Positions 59,771-64,000 of a stretch of 64,000 nucleotides of DNA are shown piece by piece (the stretch's first letter is position 1; every line of letters starts with the position of its first letter). The position numbers and the translations under genes were made by a program. A model generated the notes under the pieces. The model did not search any database. It was not told the DNA's origin and saw only the letters and a program-made list of their open reading frames with translations. This DNA is from Asterias rubens (lineage: Eukaryota). The stretch spans positions 10,618,160-10,682,159 of the forward strand of contig NC_047064.1 of NCBI RefSeq assembly GCF_902459465.1. The letters are read 5' to 3'.

Positions 59771-60850
59771 GCTTTAAGTTGGAAGTCAACAACCCACTTG
59801 TCACAATACTGGGCAACATTTTTACACAGTATTCATTTTCTAGGGTTTCAAGTCTCTTTATAATATGAGGCCAATGCTAAACTCCCTATACTAGACGTGT
59901 GCAGCACCCATACGAGTGGCAACGCTGCATCCATCCAGTGAAGTGCAAAAGGAAGCGCTGAATCACAAAACAACAACGCTTGAATGATATAATGCACAAA
60001 CTATGAAGTAGAAGCCTCGCGATATCTTGAAACAAAAGGCCGTATAAAAAAGAAACATGGTTAGCGCCTGGGTTTCTAAAAAAAAGGTGGAGGAGGTGCT
60101 TTTTGTTTTTATTTTTTGTTTCAAGATGACTACCATTCTTTTAAAATTTCAAAAATTCATTTTTCGTCTGTTCAAACTCACAATAAAAAATGAAACATGC
60201 TGAACAAGACATTGAACAAAACAAAACATATTTATATATATTTTTTTTTAAGTTAAGTATTTTTTTGATGAGACCATTAAAAAAAAACATTAAAAAAAAT
60301 CTTTAAAAAAGTAGGCGGCCCCTTAAAAAAGGAAGCGGGCCAAATACAAATAATATTTCATTAGCTCTCACGTCTTGAAGAAGGTTGATTATGTCACTTA
60401 TCTCAGAGGTATGGTCCATCGTCCATTTTGGCTTCAATGGTCCAAAAGTTTTGGCTAGGGTGTTTCCCCCATTTCCCCCATCCTGTTCACGATGACTATT
60501 AACCAAACGCCCATAAAGATAAATACGTTTACAACCCTGATGGTCATTGTTAGGCGTATAGTAATGTGAGATAAGGTGGTAAACTAGGCTGCAATTAATA
60601 TCGTACTATGAACCAGTTCGCTTGGGCCTACAGTTTTCTTGTTGTCACGAGTCAACATACAATGGTACACTCGTATATTAGTCAACCTGCCCTGATGCGC
60701 AACGAGTTAGAAAATAAGGAACAATCGGTTGTATATTTTCTTGGAGTGTTAAACAAATTTAATTGTCAATTCATGATTTTTGTTTTAAAGGTCTAGCGTA
60801 AAAGTCTTGCCATGCCAACCAATAAGAATTATGTGACGAGACGGGACGAA

Positions 60851-61660
60851 ATTAAAGGCAGTGGACACTATTGGTAATTACTCAACATAATTATTAGCAT
60901 AAAACCTTACTTGGTAACGAGTAATGGGGAGAGATTGATGGTATAAAACATTGTGAGAAACGGCTCCCTCTGAAGTGACATAGTTTTCGAGAATGGAGTA
61001 ATTTTCCACGAATTTGTTTTCGAGACCATTGCGGTCTCGAAATCAACCATCTAAACGCACACAACTTCGTGTAACAGGGGTGTTTTTTCTTTCATTAATA
61101 TCTCGCAACTTCGATGACCGATTGAGCTCAAATTTTCACAGGTTTGTTATGTTATGCATATGTTGAGATACACCAATAATGTCCAGTGTCTTTAAGCAAT
61201 GATAAAAATGTGATTGTCATCAAATTTCACGAGAGATTGACAACAATTTTCTCAGCTCTATGTTGTGGGAAACGGCCCCTCTGAAGCAACGTAGTTTTTC
61301 GAGTAAGATGTAATTTTCCACGAATTTCATTTCGAGACCTCAGATTATAATTTTGAGGGCTCGAAATCAAGCATCTAAAAGCACACAACTTCGTGTGACA
61401 ATTTCTTTTTCATTGTGCCTATTATCTCGCAACTTCGATAACCAATTGAGCTCAAATTTTCACAGGTTTGTTATTTTATGTCGAGATACACCCAAGGAGC
61501 AGACTGGTCTTTGACAATTACCAATAGTGTCCAGTGTATTTAAAGAAGACACACAATGTTTTATACTTTCAACCTCTCCCCCATCATTACTCGTTATCAA
61601 ACAAGGTTTTATGCTAATAATTATTTTGAGTAAGTACCAATAGTGTCCACTGCCTTCAAG
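60851..61660 (-). mobile_element. Two adjacent MITE-C copies plus a partial third.
   Basis: The segments 60851-61200, 61200-61553 and 61553-61660 together form a cluster upstream of PCTP. Confidence 0.75.
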
Positions 61661-62162
61661 CACCGGCTTTAGGAAGGGAAAAACCACACGATTGGTTGCG
61701 TAACCTTATAGGTCTCTCCCTGTGTAGATATAGACTCACCTCATTAATACAACCAAATTCAGAGATGATTATCACAAACACGTCTGCTGTCGGGTAAAAT
61801 ACGAACCCCTAAATTCATAAAATCTCAAGTGCCTTTTCTTCAAACAAAACTTCAGCGGTGTTGTAAACAGTAATGTAAATAGTCAATTACCGGTCGATTG
61901 TGACTATGTGTAAATACGGGTTCAAACACCAGTTGTGTGGATTTAAGTGTGGGTTGTTGGGCGGGTTCGTTGTGTGCAGGAGAAGAACGCACTCGACAGA
62001 GAATTGAGAGAGGCGATATGACTACATCAAAACAAATAAAGTTACTGGCATATTTTAATAACTGGTAAGCTACAGGGTTCAACATGGGCAACTCTGGCGA
62101 AATACAAATGGAAAACTGTGCTTTGTATATGGGGCAGCATGATCGCGCAGTCCTTTTAAAGA

Positions 62163-62512
62163 CAGTGGACACTATTGGTAATATTGTCAAAGACCAGTCT
62201 TCTTCTCAACATGCATAAATAACAAGCCTGTGAAAATTTTAGCTCAACTTGTCGTTGAAGTTGCGAAATAATAATGCAAAAAAAAAAAAATAAAAAACTT
62301 GTCACACGAAGTTGTTTGCTTTCTGATGCTTGATTTCGAGACCTAAAATTCTAAATCTGATGTCTCGAAATCGAATTCGTGGAAAAATGTATTCTTAGTC
62401 GAAAACTAGGTTACATCAGAGGGAGCCGTTTCTCAATATGTTTTATACTATTAACCTCTCCCCATGCTTATAATTATTTGAAGTAATTACCAATAGTGTC
62501 AGCTGCCTTTAA
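62163..62512 (+). mobile_element. MITE-C copy.
   Basis: Runs from ttttaaagacagtggacactattggtaat to cagctgcctttaaa. Confidence 0.8.
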
Positions 62513-62885
62513 AGCCATTGGACCCTTTCGGTTCAGAAAAAAAAAAGTTCACAGATTTACAAATAACTTACAGGGTTTACAGAAGGCAATGGTGAAAGAC
62601 TTCTCTTGAAATATTATTCCATGAAATGCTTTACTTTTTGAGAAAACAGCAAAACAATATAAATTCTCGTTAACGAGAATTACGGATTTATTTTAAACAC
62701 ATGCTATGACACGGCGAAACGCGCGGAAACAAGGGTTGGTTTTTCCGTTGTTTTCTCCCGACTCCGATGACCGATTGAGCCTAAATTTTCACAGGTTTGT
62801 TATTTGATATAGAAGTTGTGGTACACAAAGTGTGGGCCTTGGACAACACTGTTTACCGAAAGTGTCCAATGGCTTTAAATGATTA
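62513..62885 (-). mobile_element. MITE-D copy.
   Basis: Runs from ctttaaagccattggaccctttcggttcag to ccgaaagtgtccaatggctttaaa. It directly abuts a MITE-C copy at 62163-62512. Confidence 0.75.
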
Positions 62886-63329
62886 CAGGCACATCAACCA
62901 ATTATCAAGAATGATACGATAAAAGTCACCTTTCAAAGTTTCAGCTGAGAATTGTCTACTGTATTGAGAAAGCAACACTCATGAGACCATGCAGTGAGGG
63001 CCTGTTGCTGTCAGAACATGCTTACTTTAATAAGTATTTCCATTGTCTAAAATCGTACATTACCGGTTATAGCCCATAATGATATCCTAAACTGGACTAT
63101 GCCACACGTCCAAGAGGGGTGTCACTCAACAGGGTTTAGTGATTGAATTGGGAGGGGCAGAACACAAACACTGCCAGCATGTGTACACAATCTTAATGTC
63201 AGTTGTCAATATTGAAGACGAAACCGAAAATTTGTATTTAATAATAAATAACAATATCGAAGTCTTATAATAGCGCACGTATCTACCAAACAATCAAGGC
63301 GCTGAGTATATAAACAAACTTTCAGGAGG

Positions 63330-63565
63330 ATAGGTTATTGAAGTGATGAACACTGAGATCAAATTATTTAGCACCTTATAAGGGTTTACAAGGTGCTACG
63401 GTGCATACAGCAGCCACAGCCAGGTACCGGGGCGGACCTAAGTTTTCGATAAGTACACTGGGTTCTTTTACATGCATTAGACAACACATGGACGTCCCAT
63501 CCGAAAGACGAATCAATGGTTAAGTGTCTTGCTCAAAACCGCTCGGCCACGACACTTCCATTTGG
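63330..63565 (-). mobile_element. SINE-B copy.
   Basis: Reverse complement of the 34038-34330 type. Confidence 0.7.
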
Positions 63566-64000
63566 TATAGTACTCCAAAAATTAATGGCAAAAAACAATA
63601 ATCAGTGAAGAGCACTGGAGAGCTTTTGATACATAAGAAAGGATCCACTTGAAGTAATGTAGTTGAAGAGATAGGGGTACTTTTCACCCTAAAATTTGAT
63701 CATGAGAGGCTTCGCGCATTGAGTCTTGCTTTAAGGCATCTGAAAACACACAGTTATATTCAACGAGGGTGTTTTTTTCTTCGATGACCAATTGACCCCA
63801 ACTTTTCTCTCTGAAAAGGAAAACCATTGAACAAAGGGAAAACTAAAAAAATAAACATTTGCGTGAGCCGTGGGTCGCTATCAAGTACACTCTAATGTAA
63901 ATTAAAGTCGAATCACCCGAGTTCGCCGAAAAAGTTAAATGGTTCGAAGGTTTATATCTTGAAAGATGATGCTGTTAAAAAACATACAATTTCTCAATTG

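Overview
This is eukaryotic (metazoan) nuclear DNA, not prokaryotic. It is AT-rich (~37% GC), has small exons separated by long GT-AG introns, and is saturated with MITEs, tRNA-derived SINEs, foldback elements, satellites and LINE fragments. The large-intron, repeat-dense organisation looks like a marine invertebrate (echinoderm, hemichordate, cephalochordate or lophotrochozoan), but I cannot assign a species from the sequence alone.

I reconstructed three protein-coding genes by reading splice sites and matching the conceptual translations to protein families I know from memory.
- **AGPS, + strand, ~1.8-31.5 kb.** Alkylglycerone-phosphate synthase (peroxisomal FAD-linked oxidase of ether-lipid synthesis). 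I found 21 phase-consistent exons that encode 598 aa ending LDPQNIFGNDCLL*. The first coding exon(s), which should carry the start codon and a PTS2 targeting signal, were not found.
- **Rab29/Rab32/Rab38-subfamily small GTPase, + strand, 39.6-42.1 kb.** Only the three 3'-terminal exons were located. The 5' exons (P-loop and switch regions) could not be found between 31.5 and 39.6 kb.
- **PCTP/StarD2-like START-domain lipid-transfer protein, - strand, 59.0-46.4 kb.** A complete six-exon CDS of 217 aa.

The Rab-like gene and PCTP are convergent. The ~4.3 kb between their stop codons holds a degenerate LINE reverse-transcriptase fragment.

Most ORFs in the supplied six-frame track are either intron read-throughs of these exons or ORFs that lie inside repeats.

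The most notable structural observations are:
- a GC-AG intron in AGPS with the canonical GCAAGT donor;
- a foldback MITE whose two ~190-bp arms flank the 3' end of a CR1-like LINE ORF2, in PCTP intron 1;
- a 1.2-kb TIR DNA transposon nested inside another MITE with a 3-bp target-site duplication;
- a very abundant ~375-bp MITE family (at least 18 copies in 64 kb) with an internal hairpin and TTAA-like flanks;
- a Rab C-terminus that lacks the usual CC/CXC prenylation motif.
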